Below are positions 21,306 to 32,905 of a stretch of DNA of 35,892 nucleotides, piece by piece. Source of the stretch: Perkinsus olseni (lineage: Eukaryota). The position numbers and the translations under genes were made by a program. The DNA is taken from NCBI GenBank assembly GCA_013115125.1, contig JABANN010000354.1:1-35892 (forward strand), given 5' to 3'. The notes under the pieces were generated by a model, which was given only the letters and a program-made list of their open reading frames with translations, did no database searches and had not been told where the DNA came from. How positions within the stretch are numbered: the first letter of the stretch is position 1; each line of letters starts with the position of its first letter.

Positions 21306-21532
21306 TCAAAAGTAGCGGAGCGATGCCGCTCGAAGTCTCATTAAATGCGCAGATTGTGTAGGCTCATATGGTGAAAGACACCTTCCCTACGGATTCGCAC
21401 AGGCGACGGGGCCCCTCACAACCCTCAACCCAGGCCCCGATTCACAACACGTTGACGTTCACCGGCCGACCGATTCTCGAAGATATTTTTGTCCCTCAAT
21501 CCTCGCGTTCTTTCCACTTAGTCTCGTTTTCC

Positions 21533-22633
21533 ATGTCAATGTTGTTGTTAGCAAACTGTGGTCGTCCTGAGGTCTGTCAAGGGAGGCCCGCGAATAATGA
21601 TATCATAATCGACCATTCCACCACTGACGAGGTGGCCGAGGACGCCAAGGCCCATCCCATCCAGTCGAAGGTCTATCCCGACGCTCTCTTCGGCATGCGG
21701 ACCATCAGTCAACAGAGCGAACAGAGCACAAGGGCCAGCGGGTCTGTCGGCTGTGGTGACACTGCTGGCCGGCCCAGGCGACTCAGCTGCCAGGCCAATT
21801 CTGATTGCGGTTGCTCGGTCTGCAGCGATCACGGTTCGACCAAGCAAACGGTGTCCGGGTTGAAGAGGTTTGCTCATGTATTTCGACTTAGTCATTTTAT
21901 GAAGCGAAGGAAGACTTTCGGGTATCGCCCTCGAGTGCCCTCAGAAGTGGACCTCCGCTCCCATCCTGAGGTGTACTGGTGGTCTGATGGCAACCCGTGT
22001 TGTGATAAGATCAAGAAGGACCTCTATCATGACGGTGACGTCCACATCATGAGCAAGTTAATTGAAGTCAAACTAGTACCTTCCTTTGCTGGGAATCGAA
22101 CCTGCGACCACCCGACCCAGTACGATTGGTTTGCCAAGTACTGCGAGAACGGACGAGTAGACCGAGCTAAACGCTACGTCGTCTTCAGCCTGAAGGTGGG
22201 CGACAAGACGGTTACCACTTTGAACGAGATCCTTCCTGACCACGTCAACAAGGGGGACTGGGAGGGACTGTTTGCCACCCCGCAGGCCTGTGAGGATGCT
22301 CTCAAGTCGAGGTTGAAAATCTGCGTGGTCCCCGCGAACTCGCCCTTCCCTGTACCAGCTAAAGGCCCCAGAGAAGCTGACTACGTGCTGGACTACTGGT
22401 CGAAGAAGGACGTCAGTATAATGCAACAGAATTGCCAACAAGGTCGCACACGTGTCGTCATGGTTACTGTGAATTTGTATAACAATCTGCTGGTCAAAAT
22501 GGTGATAAAAAAATTAGCTTTTACGGAGGGTCGAATGAGCGACTTCTTTCTCATTGATTGGCCGAGTAGAAGCGTGGTGGCTTGCTGTCGATTAATCGCC
22601 ACGAGAGAGTTTATTTATCAACTAAGAGCTTGA
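21533..22633 (+). CDS. Intronless hypothetical protein; C-terminal region weakly resembles EDR2_C (DUF1336)
   Basis: Long ORF 21368-22633 with a plausible start at 21533. Segments YWWSDG, KSRLKICVVP, VMVTVNLY, DFFLID and VVACCRL loosely recall EDR2_C. The domain call is pattern recognition only. Confidence 0.6.
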   Translation: MSMLLLANCGRPEVCQGRPANNDIIIDHSTTDEVAEDAKAHPIQSKVYPDALFGMRTISQQSEQSTRASGSVGCGDTAGRPRRLSCQANSDCGCSVCSDHGSTKQTVSGLKRFAHVFRLSHFMKRRKTFGYRPRVPSEVDLRSHPEVYWWSDGNPCCDKIKKDLYHDGDVHIMSKLIEVKLVPSFAGNRTCDHPTQYDWFAKYCENGRVDRAKRYVVFSLKVGDKTVTTLNEILPDHVNKGDWEGLFATPQACEDALKSRLKICVVPANSPFPVPAKGPREADYVLDYWSKKDVSIMQQNCQQGRTRVVMVTVNLYNNLLVKMVIKKLAFTEGRMSDFFLIDWPSRSVVACCRLIATREFIYQLRA

Positions 22634-22778
22634 GGTCATCCATGCTATCCATGATGTTCATCCGCGTGTCTTTTTTGCGTTCTAAGTCGACAAGCGGTGG
22701 ACGGCTTCTGTCGGGCCGCCTTCTTCGAGGTCGGTTCTCAGTTTTCCCTGCTCTCTCGGAGAGTCTCTCCCCTTTACG

Positions 22779-25662
22779 ATGACCAGTCCCTCTTTCCAAA
22801 ACGGTAAAGTCCAGCGCACCCTACCCGAGGTCCAGCCGACAGAGAGTCAGATAAGGCGTATGACGCGCATGGCGGCTCAGCACGGGGCTGTCAATCTGGC
22901 CCAGGGGTTCCCGAATGAGGTCATCTATGCTTCTCCAGTTCGATCGCCTTCGCATGTTTCTCGTCAGTCCCCCGATTTTGAGATCAAGGATGAGGCCGTG
23001 CGGGCTATCCTTGGCGGCAACGCTGCCAATGCTGATGCTTTGAAGTCCCTAGATGTTGGTGAGAGAGGGTTGTCAATGGCGTGCCTCTATCTACTCTATG
23101 GGCTACAGCGTTGGAGAATAGTGGAGAATGAATGACCTGTGTTTATCGTTGAAATCTCAGAGGGCCTTGTGAAGGATGGCCACACGACTCTACACTCACT
23201 CTTGTCGGCTGTTGACGAGGCGATGACTGGTAATGACGAGCTCAATCAATATGCCATTCCCTATGGAAGAACCGACCTCAGACAGGCGGTGAGGGAAGGG
23301 GAAGAGTTCACCCGTGGGCTCCACTGCGCCTGCTTAGATAGCTGGTTATTATCGCCGATTTTACGACTTTGAGGTCGATGCCGAGGAGGAGCTGACCGTG
23401 TGCTTGGGTGCCACCGAGGCTATGGCATGCACTTTGAGAGCATTGTGCAAGCCTGGAGACTCGGTAGTGCTAGGGGAGGGGTCTATCCGCATGGGTATAT
23501 TAGTAATATAATATTACACTACTATTGTTGCTTCTCGCATAGTGCTGGAAGGCGGAGAGGTCCCAGGTTCGGTTCCTTCAACCGTCGGAAGGGTATATGC
23601 TGCCTTCGTCTATTCGTATCCGTTGGCCACGGATCTCAGTCGAAAGGTGCCTGTGTAGATACTAATTTTCGAGCCCTTCCATGAGATCTACCCGAATCAG
23701 GCGGCTGTCTTCTACCTCAACACCAAATACTGCAGGTCAGCAACGTCCCCTACTCTCCCTCACGTCGATCAAATCCATCTCAGGTTGTACGAAGGTGATG
23801 ATGATGATGATGATGATGAATGGCACGTTGATTGGGACATGTTCGAGTCCCGGCTACAGGAGGGCGACGTCAAGTGTAAGGTTCGCAGTCCCTCACGGTC
23901 GCCTTCTTAGCGGCTTGTTCTTAGGTATCGTACTGAACACGCCGCACAACCCTACTGGGAAGGTCTTCACCAAGGCGGAGATGACGAGAATAGCCGAATT
24001 GGCCGTCAAGTGAGTTTGTTTTTGGACCGTCTTCAGCAGCTCTAGAGTTTGTTGCATACCACTCCTCCTCGGCATCGCCCCTGTCACCCCCTCCTGTAAA
24101 GGTACGATGCCTATGTAGTTACCGATGAGATATACGAGCATATGATCTTCGAGGGGGAGCCCCACCGCATCATAGCGTCCCTCCCCGGCATGCGAGATAG
24201 ATCGGTAAGATAGCTGCCATCAGACCGCTTCTCTCGCGTTTTTTTGTAGTATGATTCGTACACCAACGTCAGATTCAAAGAATAAATTACCCAGTACTAT
24301 TTACGTGAAGGTTATTCCTATTATGTTTTTCCACTGAAACATACTGTAACTGACACAGCTACATGAGGATAACTCTGGTGCCGCAGTAATGAATTAAAAG
24401 TTATTAGGACTTGTTCCCAGGGCCACTCGTCAGTTAGTACCGCTCGTCTCTGACAAATTGTGAGATAGTGGTACATACTAATAGTTTATACAAATTGTAT
24501 AAACTATTAGTATGTACCACTATATATTGAATAATACAATGTCATTATTATATAACACGCATGCGTGTTTCAGTACATTCGTAAGTGTACCGTTTTTCAG
24601 TTCATCATCAGCGCCATCTCCAAGTCGGCCTCAGCCACCGGATGGAGAGTAGGCTGGGTCATCAGCCCTCGGAAATACACCGAGATCATCCGAGCTGTAC
24701 ATGACCAGATGGTACGCCTCCTTGGACGGCTCGTGCCTTCCCGAGTCCATCCTTGCAGGTCCTTCAATCGCCCTCTCCTATGCAATTCGGCACCATCGCC
24801 TTCACTCAACTTGGTGATGACTACTTCAAGCACTACTTGCCCGGAAAGTAGCATAACCTATTCCAATGGCGTATGGGTTTCAGAATCTAGATGAGTACTA
24901 TGCTATCCTTAGGCTGTATGTAAGGGCTACTACGTTGTGTGTATTGCTTCTGTGTATTGACGTCAACTTGTGGTGAACTGAGCTGTAGTGTCCTGGTCGT
25001 GCCCTTAGGGTTCGTGTATGCATTATGGTTTAGTAGTATATATCGTTATTCCGTATGATAGTGTTTCACCCGTGCTGTGGGAAACGCATTTTTCATGGCG
25101 GTTTTCGGGCCCTGCATTCCGCCGAAATACTGCACCTGTGGGTGCAAATTCAAGATCTGATATACATAGTAAGTAGTTGAGTATGACTTTTGACGATATC
25201 ATTTCATAGGAGCGTACTAGCAGAATTAATATACGATAGCACTGCTTGGCTTCTACACTGCCTTCCCCAGGTACCAGAGACGACGTGACCTTCTCGTCCC
25301 CGCCCTGCGAGATCTGGGCTTCAAGGTCACCACTCCTCACGCCGCATACTACGCGTAGGCGAAAGGATGGTATCGAGAAGGAGAAAAATGTTTGGGTCAG
25401 GTTCGCTAATTTCCGTGGAGTGCCTCAGCTCAAGGACATGAGCTCGTGGGAGGCCTCGGACTACCTGGTCGAGCATGGCGTCGCTGGCGTCGCGGGGGCC
25501 AATTTTTGCGAGAAGGGCTCTGGTCGGGGAGATGACTGCGTAAGATTTGTCTGACCTCTGGGTGGATACCACTAGCATCAACCTTAGATACGATTCTGTT
25601 TCTGCCGAACTGACGACGAATTGAAGGAAGCGATAGCCCGTCTGAGGAAAGCCCTAGAGTAA
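22779..25662 (+). CDS. PLP-dependent class I/II aminotransferase (kynurenine aminotransferase / glutamine transaminase K-like), multi-exon
   Basis: VNLAQGFP, NQYAIPYG, CLGATEAM, FEPFHEIY, LNTPHNPTGKVF, VTDEIYEHM, the PLP lysine motif SAISKSASATGWRVGW, YQRRRDLL, IRFCFCR. Stop TAA at 25660-25662. Confidence 0.93.
23501..23590 (+). mobile_element. 90-bp intronic insertion flanked by an 8-bp direct repeat, with a tRNA-like 3' end
   Basis: gggtatat at 23493-23500 and 23591-23598. The insert begins with the palindrome gtaatat-a-atattac and ends gaggtcccaGGTTCGGTTCCttcaaccgtcggaa (B-box-like). Confidence 0.45.
23797..23817 (+). repeat. (GAT)7 coding microsatellite, poly-Asp loop in the aminotransferase
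   Basis: Exon reads LYEGDDDDDDDEWHVDW. Confidence 0.8.
24465..24523. repeat. 59-bp perfect palindrome (29-bp arms, 1-nt loop) in a 397-bp aminotransferase intron
   Basis: atagtggtacatactaatagtttatacaa-a-ttgtataaactattagtatgtaccactat. A 16-bp palindrome aacacgcatgcgtgtt lies at 24554-24569. Confidence 0.95.
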
Positions 25663-26178
25663 ATTTCGTGTAAACTGTCGCCACTTTTGCTGTCCGTCAT
25701 TTCTGAACACTCCACCGATCCGCTTTTGTTCACTAGCTAAAATCGCTAACAGTCCGCTTACGGCGATCCTGTGTCTTTGTGTTGTTTAATCCTAGAGAGC
25801 TGACGGAGGTCGTCTGATGGAATGAATGGCTGCCACCCCGCGATAAATAAGGGTTAGCTGAGTTCAACGGAAGAGATAACTACACCATCTCGTCGGAGGG
25901 AAGGCAGTAGTTCCAAGGCATCAAGTGGCTGGCAAACTAGGACTTGATTCAACGCGATTGGGCTCATAGTCAGCGAGATAGAGCAGATTGAGTGAGTAGT
26001 AGCCAAGAGGATTTGAGTCAACAACGGCGAGGTGGACGAGCTAAGCGTACGTCTTGAACCTGCCGAGCCACTCAGCGTCGCTGAGTCAGCGACCAGTCCC
26101 TCCGTGAAGAGAGTGCTGTCTATGGTTTGACAATAGGAGAAGCTTCACCTTGAGTACATTACTATCACCATTCATAAC

Positions 26179-27301
26179 ATGTCCAATCCCCCTGGAGGAA
26201 CAGCATCACCACCTAGCTGGGCAACAGCAGGTGGTGGAGAGAATGCCTCCAGACCACGGCTGTCAGGCTGGATGGTGACAGGGGAACAGCCTAGTGGTCA
26301 TTCACAAGCATCGACAACAGCAGGCCAGAGAGAAACAGGAGGGCCGATGGACGATTTCTTGCCCAAGTTGCGACAGTTCCTACGCATTGTGCGTCCTTCG
26401 TGAAGTCATTTGGTGAAGATGTGGTATCATCAGGTTGACCCCGATCGAGAGAAGGCCAGCTCCGATGAGGACCTCCTCAGAGTTCTCCGGGAATACGACA
26501 CCCCCAATGAGCTCTTCGCCTCTCTCGACAAACAGTAGTAGCCGGCGTTGGTCGCTACCGCCACAGCCTATCGGGTAAGGTACAAGTCCCAGTGGCATGA
26601 CCATCAGGAGGCGGCTGAGGGAGGCGATCAGGCCGCTGGTTCTAGCCCACCAGCGGACTCCTCCCCTCCCCCACCGGCTGCCTCCAAGCCGCGCTGTCAG
26701 TACGGCAATAAGTGCTATAGAAAGAACCCGCAGCACATACGGGACTTCGACCACAACCACAGCCCTCTACCTGATGGAGGCCCACCCACCTCCTCCCCTG
26801 ACAAGAAGAAGAGGAAGCGAGATGAGGACAGTCCTGATGACTCCAAGGAGGACGATCTTTCCTTCATAGTAGGCGTAGTAGGAGTCGCTCGCCCCGCCTA
26901 CTGTGCCCTGCCAGGTCCCTGATGATGATGAGGATGTTACTGACATCCACACCTCGGATTGGAGTGGAGGGCCGACTCTTCCCGATGGTCAGAAGCGCAA
27001 GGGGCGGTATAAAGGCACTTATAATGGTGAGAGGACGGCCGGAGGTTCGGGAGAATTTTTCATCGTAGATGACCCCGACTACACTGCCAGTAACAGCAGC
27101 AGCAGTGACCCCTCTCCCGCTACTTCTCCAAACGTCTCGGCGTCGCCAGCTCCGCAGCCGGTGTGTATGTACGGCACCAAGTGCTACAGGAAGAACCCTG
27201 TGCACTTCAAGGAATTTGCCCATCCTTGGCTGGATAAGAATGATAATGATGATGATGATGCGACCAATGTATCTACTTACCCTCGCCTCGCTGTGTTATA
27301 G
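26179..27301 (+). CDS. Protein with two PBZ (poly(ADP-ribose)-binding, zf-CCHH, APLF-type) zinc fingers, multi-exon
   Basis: KPRCQYGNKCYRKNPQHIRDFDH and PVCMYGTKCYRKNPVHFKEFAHP match the APLF PBZ consensus. Also an NLS-like KKKRKR and acidic tracts. Start 26179 or 26347; 3' end uncertain. Confidence 0.85.
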
Positions 27302-27344
27302 TGTCAATGCCACCGCTGGGACAATAGTAAGTCTACGTCACCCG

Positions 27345-29558
27345 ATGCCTGTCAGCCTCTCATCGTCCTCTGTCGCCCATCGGCAGCGTAGCAACGAAGG
27401 CAGGCCGGCTTACGGTGATGATGATGGTCCTCGCGGTAGTAGCCTGCCCCCCCCCATCCGTGCATCTCGAGCCTCGCTCAGGCATGTCCCCCTCACAATC
27501 ATCACCAGAGAGAAGGACCGACGGTCGGGAACAGCAGTTTCGGCCAAGAGCGAAGTCCGCCGCTTTAGACCTGCCCCGTCCAGGGGGCCGAGCCTTCGGT
27601 GGCTACAACCCTTCCATACCATCTATCAAGCTATTTGTCGGTTCAATACCCTTCACTGTCAATGAGGTACTCTCCAGACGACCATCCGCGCCTCTCTGTT
27701 GGTGTTGCTGCTCAGGCTGATCTCCGACCCTTATTCGCTCGCTACGGTAATATTGTGGAGCTCACGGTACAGCGACAGTCCGATGGCCGCAGCAAAGGCT
27801 GCGCCTGGCTCAGGTTGCCCTACTAGGTCTACCCCTTCCAGGCACTTACCATCATTGCAGGTACGCTACCAAGGCGGAGTGTGATGCATGCATCAAGGCT
27901 CTGCATAACACGTGAGTCAACCTAAGATTCCCTTCTCGGCAGAGCCCGTCGGGCAGATACCAGTGGCGGACGGGCCCAGGGTGGAGCCCAATGCAAGTCC
28001 GGTATGCCATAGGGGAGTTCGACGCCCACCACAACAAGCTCTTCATGGGGGGTATTCCCGCCTACTTCGACGACCGTGCTCTGACGGCGTCATTGGCCGA
28101 CACGTAGTGAAGGCCCGGCTCAGTCTCTCTCTACCCCCTGGCCCAGTTACGGCCCCGTCATTGAGCTCATCAGCTTACGCCGTGGTCCGGGGCAGACGAC
28201 CAACGCTGTGATGGTGAAGTTTTGTCGGAGGGAGAGCGTCCATCGACTGCTACTGGACTCGAGGAGGCGCAACATGTAGGCGTTTATGGCCAGTCTGGCA
28301 TCATCCCTGCTGCAGTTATCTCTGCGGGGTCTACTGCCCTACGGTGAGAGTGTCCCATGCCCATCACCACTATCGTCATGATCATCGACTCACTGACTCA
28401 TCCACCGACGTCACTGACCGGGCGGAGGAGGCCATGCAGCAGCAGGAGGAGCCTTTGCAAAGGCAAGTCCGCCGTAGTTGGAGGGGGGTTGCAGTACTGC
28501 TGTTCAGAGAGCTCTATCGTAGCTACAGTAGTGCCTCGTCAATCGGTGGCTCGAGCGGGAGTCAGCAGGTGTCTGCCACTCGCTGAGGTCCTGTGATGCC
28601 CTCACTCAGGACGATGAGGGCGTCGCCCCGGCCACCATCCCCGCAATACAATGGCAACCAGCATACTACTGCTGGTCGCCAGTTGGTGCCAGTCAATACA
28701 GGTCGGCTCAGCCGCTCTCGCAACAATACAGTCCGCCCAGTGCTGCATCCCGCCCATTAAGATACCCCTTCGCGATGTACCTTCTTCCTGGTACCCCACC
28801 GGGGCACTTGACTGTCGCCAACGTCCCACCACACAAGTCAGTAGCCGGGTTTGAAGCAGAGGCGGCCAGCTCTTCTTGTTAGGAACGTCTCCGATTTGAC
28901 AGCCCTTCTATCCCCCTACGGTACGGTCCTTCACATCGCTTCCAATGAGGACGAGCATGGTGTCACGACAGCATCAGTCGTGATGGGCTCCGATGCAGAG
29001 GTGGTGCAGGGGGGTATTATTCATGGACTTGGTGATGCAGGCAAGTGCCGTCGAGGCAGCAGTGGATGGCTACGTATTCCCCGACGATGAGGCACAGGAG
29101 CCCTTGAATGTCATCAGGGTAGTGCTCAGGAAGGCCGATCGAGGCAGGGACCATCCCATGCAGGCATCGCCACTAGAAGGAGTCGGCGGCCCATCATCAC
29201 CACCGAATGACATTGCTAGCGATATCGCTATGGGCAAGATCATGGCTGGCCTTCGGAAGGCCCAAGAGACACTAGTCAGTTCTCGCCTCATCTTCGCCCG
29301 TGCGTGATTCCGTTCGCCTCAGGCCCGCCATTCTTCGCTCTATGCCGGCTCGGGAAGCTACCCTCAGGTGACACTTGCGATCACCGTAAGGATGTCTATT
29401 CATCATCTCAGGCTCCTCTGAGCCACAATTGTTATCAGTGTTCCGGAGAGTACTGGTTGCCAGCTATTGCATCCGCTGCAGCTGCTGGGCACATCCAAGC
29501 GGCTGCTAACTTGACTGATTCTGCCATCACCTCCCTCCCAGCAGAGTGCAGGCACTAG
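27345..29558 (+). CDS. CELF/Bruno-like RRM RNA-binding protein, multi-exon
   Basis: RRM1 IKLFVGSIPFTVNE|ADLRPLFARYGNIVEL...SKGCAWLR|YATKAECDACIKALHN...PMQVRYA. RRM2 NKLFMGGIP...YGPVIEL. Degenerate third RRM LLVRNVSDLTALLSPYGTV. The start is uncertain and the gene may be fused to the upstream PBZ gene. Confidence 0.8.
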
Positions 29559-30721
29559 CCGTGCAGGCACCGACCCTCGATGCTCATCATCAACTTCTAT
29601 TTCGCTACTTAAAACAGCAGCGTGCCGTGTAACCCCGTCACTCTTCTACGTACTACCACTACGGAATCTTTTCCTTCGACATCATCATGGCTGACCGTCG
29701 TCTACTCTAGAGTAACTTTTTTCAACTTTTTCGCTCAACATTATGGTTGTCCCTGAGTATATATTATCATCGAAGTACTCGACTGCTGCTGTGGACATCT
29801 CTTTCCGTCGTCTTCTTCCCGCTGAGTTGGGTTGGCGAATCAAAATCCCAAGGCTGTCCCCCTACGTGGCCGTCAGGTCACTCCCCAATGAACCGATCAC
29901 CCCTTCAGATGACGATGGGTAACGGAACGGTTCACCAGGCCCGCTCGTCGTGTGGGACGTGGTTAGTCGTCCGTTCCCGTACGAAAAGACAAATCGCCTC
30001 GCTCCGCCCAACTTAATTCAAGAGCAGAGCTTATCATTAGGCAGTGTATTGTACACACTTGAAAAAAAGGGGAAGCGAATGGCCAGGGTGCCACGTGTTG
30101 TGTCGGTGGGGAATAACATCACAGGGAGCCCTCCGGCACGTGACGTCCGGCCGCCACGCCATCGACCACGACCGATACTCGCGTCAGGGACTGATAATCT
30201 AAGAGTAAGTGTGGCGATGCCATGGAGATTATTAAACTCCCACCACTCAACGACTCCGGATGGTGGCAAACCCGATAAGGATATGATGGGACCATATGGG
30301 AGTAGTCTAGTCGTATGCGAAAGCAATACAAAGGGGAAAACGGTATGTTAGGGCACACTCGCAAGCGACTGGTCAGAGCATCACAGCTTGCTTGGACCAA
30401 AGCTCAGACCGCGCACAGGGGTCCGGCAAGGGGCTTAGCCGCAAGGCTAGCTAAGACCGACAGAGTTGTATGCCAATAACAGGGGACGAGCAAAGTGAGG
30501 TAACGCTTTCCAATCCAATACAACTGGAATTTGTCGGTTCGGACTGCACGTCCGAGCACAGACTGTGTCACGGATAATTCGACGACTCATGGTCAGCTAC
30601 GACCCCCACCTCAGCAGCTTCCTTTCCGCTCACTCATGAACGCAACAAATACGAAACTCGAAAAACAAATTGCAACAGCAAAGCAATTATCACAACACTA
30701 AACAACCTTCCAGCCTCAACC

Positions 30722-32905
30722 TTACGCGAGGTGCTTCGTGTCCTTAACACCGTGGAAGCCGCCGTATACCAACTCCACTGAGTTCGGGTCGATGGCGTAT
30801 CTAACCCAATACCGGTAATGATACTATGACAGAGGAAACGAACGAGAGTCGATTCTATCATTCGTAGTGAAGCAAGCTGTAGTGGTGTACAAACACTGGA
30901 AAACAAATTATTCGAAACTTGGTTCTCCATAATTTTGTCCTTCCACGAGTCCTTCTCGCACCGAGGCCTCAGCGAGAATGCTTGTATGTTTAGACGCAAC
31001 TAATTCTTAGAAAATCCCAGCAAGGGAAGTGAAATCGCACATTCAAACAGTTTGCTTATTCTGATGCGATAAGAGCGCACGGGGGTCGACAGAGCGCCTA
31101 AAAACTAGCTTGATTCGAAACCGTCAGACCCGAGTACAGTGTAGCATCCCGGTCGCCCTCCCCCCTCCCCAAAATGAGGATATTACTTTCCAGGGCCGGT
31201 CGTGACCAACTCGAAGGAGGTGACACCGCAGTTAAGCATCTTGTTGGACCTCGCCGGAGTTCGAACCCCCCGAGGAAGGAAGGCGTTGTAGAACTCTACA
31301 AGCAAAAACAACAAATAAAGGCGACTGATATGTCGCAGATCTCCTTACCCCGGAAGTAGAGGGAATGGCCAATCGCCACCACACAATCGACATCACGAGC
31401 CACCGAGCCTACAAGGAAGTCATCGACCTACCGCAACAGACCGAGACGTTCGCCTACTGTTAAAACACCAATCACAGAACTCCCGGAACCTCGCGAGGCC
31501 GTTGGAGCTGAGGGGCTTCGACCCATCGTTAAACCTGCACGGAGGCCGCCATTTACGAACGCTTTCTGGGGAGAGACCTTACGTTCCATTCAGTTTGTGC
31601 TCAGCGTAGAAATCGACGACATCCTTAATTTTGGGGTCCGCGACTTCAACAAAGCTCGGACCAGGAACGCCCTTCTTTGGCGTCAAAGCAAAACCGTCCA
31701 CATTGCGGGTCACCTCCTGAAACACCACCCAAATTCCCCTACGATCCACCCGCTCAGGCTCGCCTTATCACCTGTAAGGCACTCATCACGTAGATCTGCT
31801 CCTGTCTGTGCCCTCCTGCCGAAGGCGCCTCTTCACCTCGAAGAAGTCTAGCCGAGAGGGCGATCATCCCCGTGGACACCGCACGTCGAAGATTTGAAGA
31901 TGCCATGACGGATGTGTGCTCTGAGCAGCTCAATGGTCGTCTCGCTCCCCCGCCCACCCTCGTCATTACCGTGGTCATCGCCGGCAAGAAGTCGGGCGTA
32001 CTTGTTGCTTTTCTTGTTCTCCTCAATCCAGCTCAGTAACCTTAAACTCTGCTGAATTCCATCGGGAGAAATAGGAGAATCCCAATACCTAATATCCACC
32101 AACTCACGATAAATAAACCTAGTACACCCTACAATGAGTCGGCAGTAGGGAGGAGCTCTGCTTCCTTCACTGAGCACTTCACTAGCCTCACTGGGAACGA
32201 CGGGCCGAATCCTAACAGGGGCAGCACCGTGACGGCCGCCGAGGGTTGCACGCTCTCCATACCCTTATTGAAGACCACGTTCCACATGCTCTCTCCGTGC
32301 CTCAAGAAAATGATACGCTTGCGATGAGCGCGCTCGGGGAAGGCCCTGGCCTCCTCCAAAATCTGCAGCCTCGCTCATGATAGACGGGACTGGGCGATGC
32401 GACCTACAATTCTAGTATCCGACGGCTGCTTCCACTTCCTGTCCTTGGAGAGAAAGAAGTGGAGAGATGCTGTTGGCATCGCCAACAACTTGGTCTTCAC
32501 CTGAACGCCAGAGCCGATCAGTGATAAACAACTCTACTTCCGCCGCGGCAGAGCGAGTGCTCCAACCGTCACGCCGGGAGGCGGCAGGAGAGAAAACGAC
32601 GGGGGAGCTCAGAAGAGCCGAGCGTGGGGAGCGAGGAGTTCTCTATCATATAATTTTTGAAACCTCGCCGTCGAGGAATGAGGACGCCGCGATCGTACGC
32701 TTCCCACTTACATCTTCGGTAGAGGTGAGAAGGAGCACCACATAACAAGCAAGGGCTGCACATACGAGGAAGAAGACCAGTACCTGAATGAGGTATCTTA
32801 GGTTGATCAAAGAAAGATGCAGAATATGTCGAGACTTACGAAGGCTGGAGACTTAGTGAAAAGGAAGTCGGCGAGAAACGATGATCCTACAGACATTTGG
32901 GCCAT
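30722..32905 (-). CDS. Histidine phosphatase superfamily (phosphoglycerate mutase-like) protein with N-terminal hydrophobic segment, multi-exon
   Basis: RKRIIFLRHGESMWN, DSPISPDGIQQS, SSNLRRAVST, LQ|EVTRNVD, IGHSLYFR, NCGVTSF. Last exon YAIDPNSVELVYGGF...HLA* follows a 386-bp intron (30801-31186). N-terminal VLVFFLVCAALACYVVLLL. Confidence 0.85.

Noticed and set aside
22088-22110. tRNA B-box-like words (ggttcgattcc on the minus strand here; another at about 31255-31270)
   Set aside because: Both lie inside coding exons and no cloverleaf can be folded.
29747-30500. Possible multi-exon gene around ORF 29950-30351
   Set aside because: No recognisable motif, and no consistent splice model could be built.
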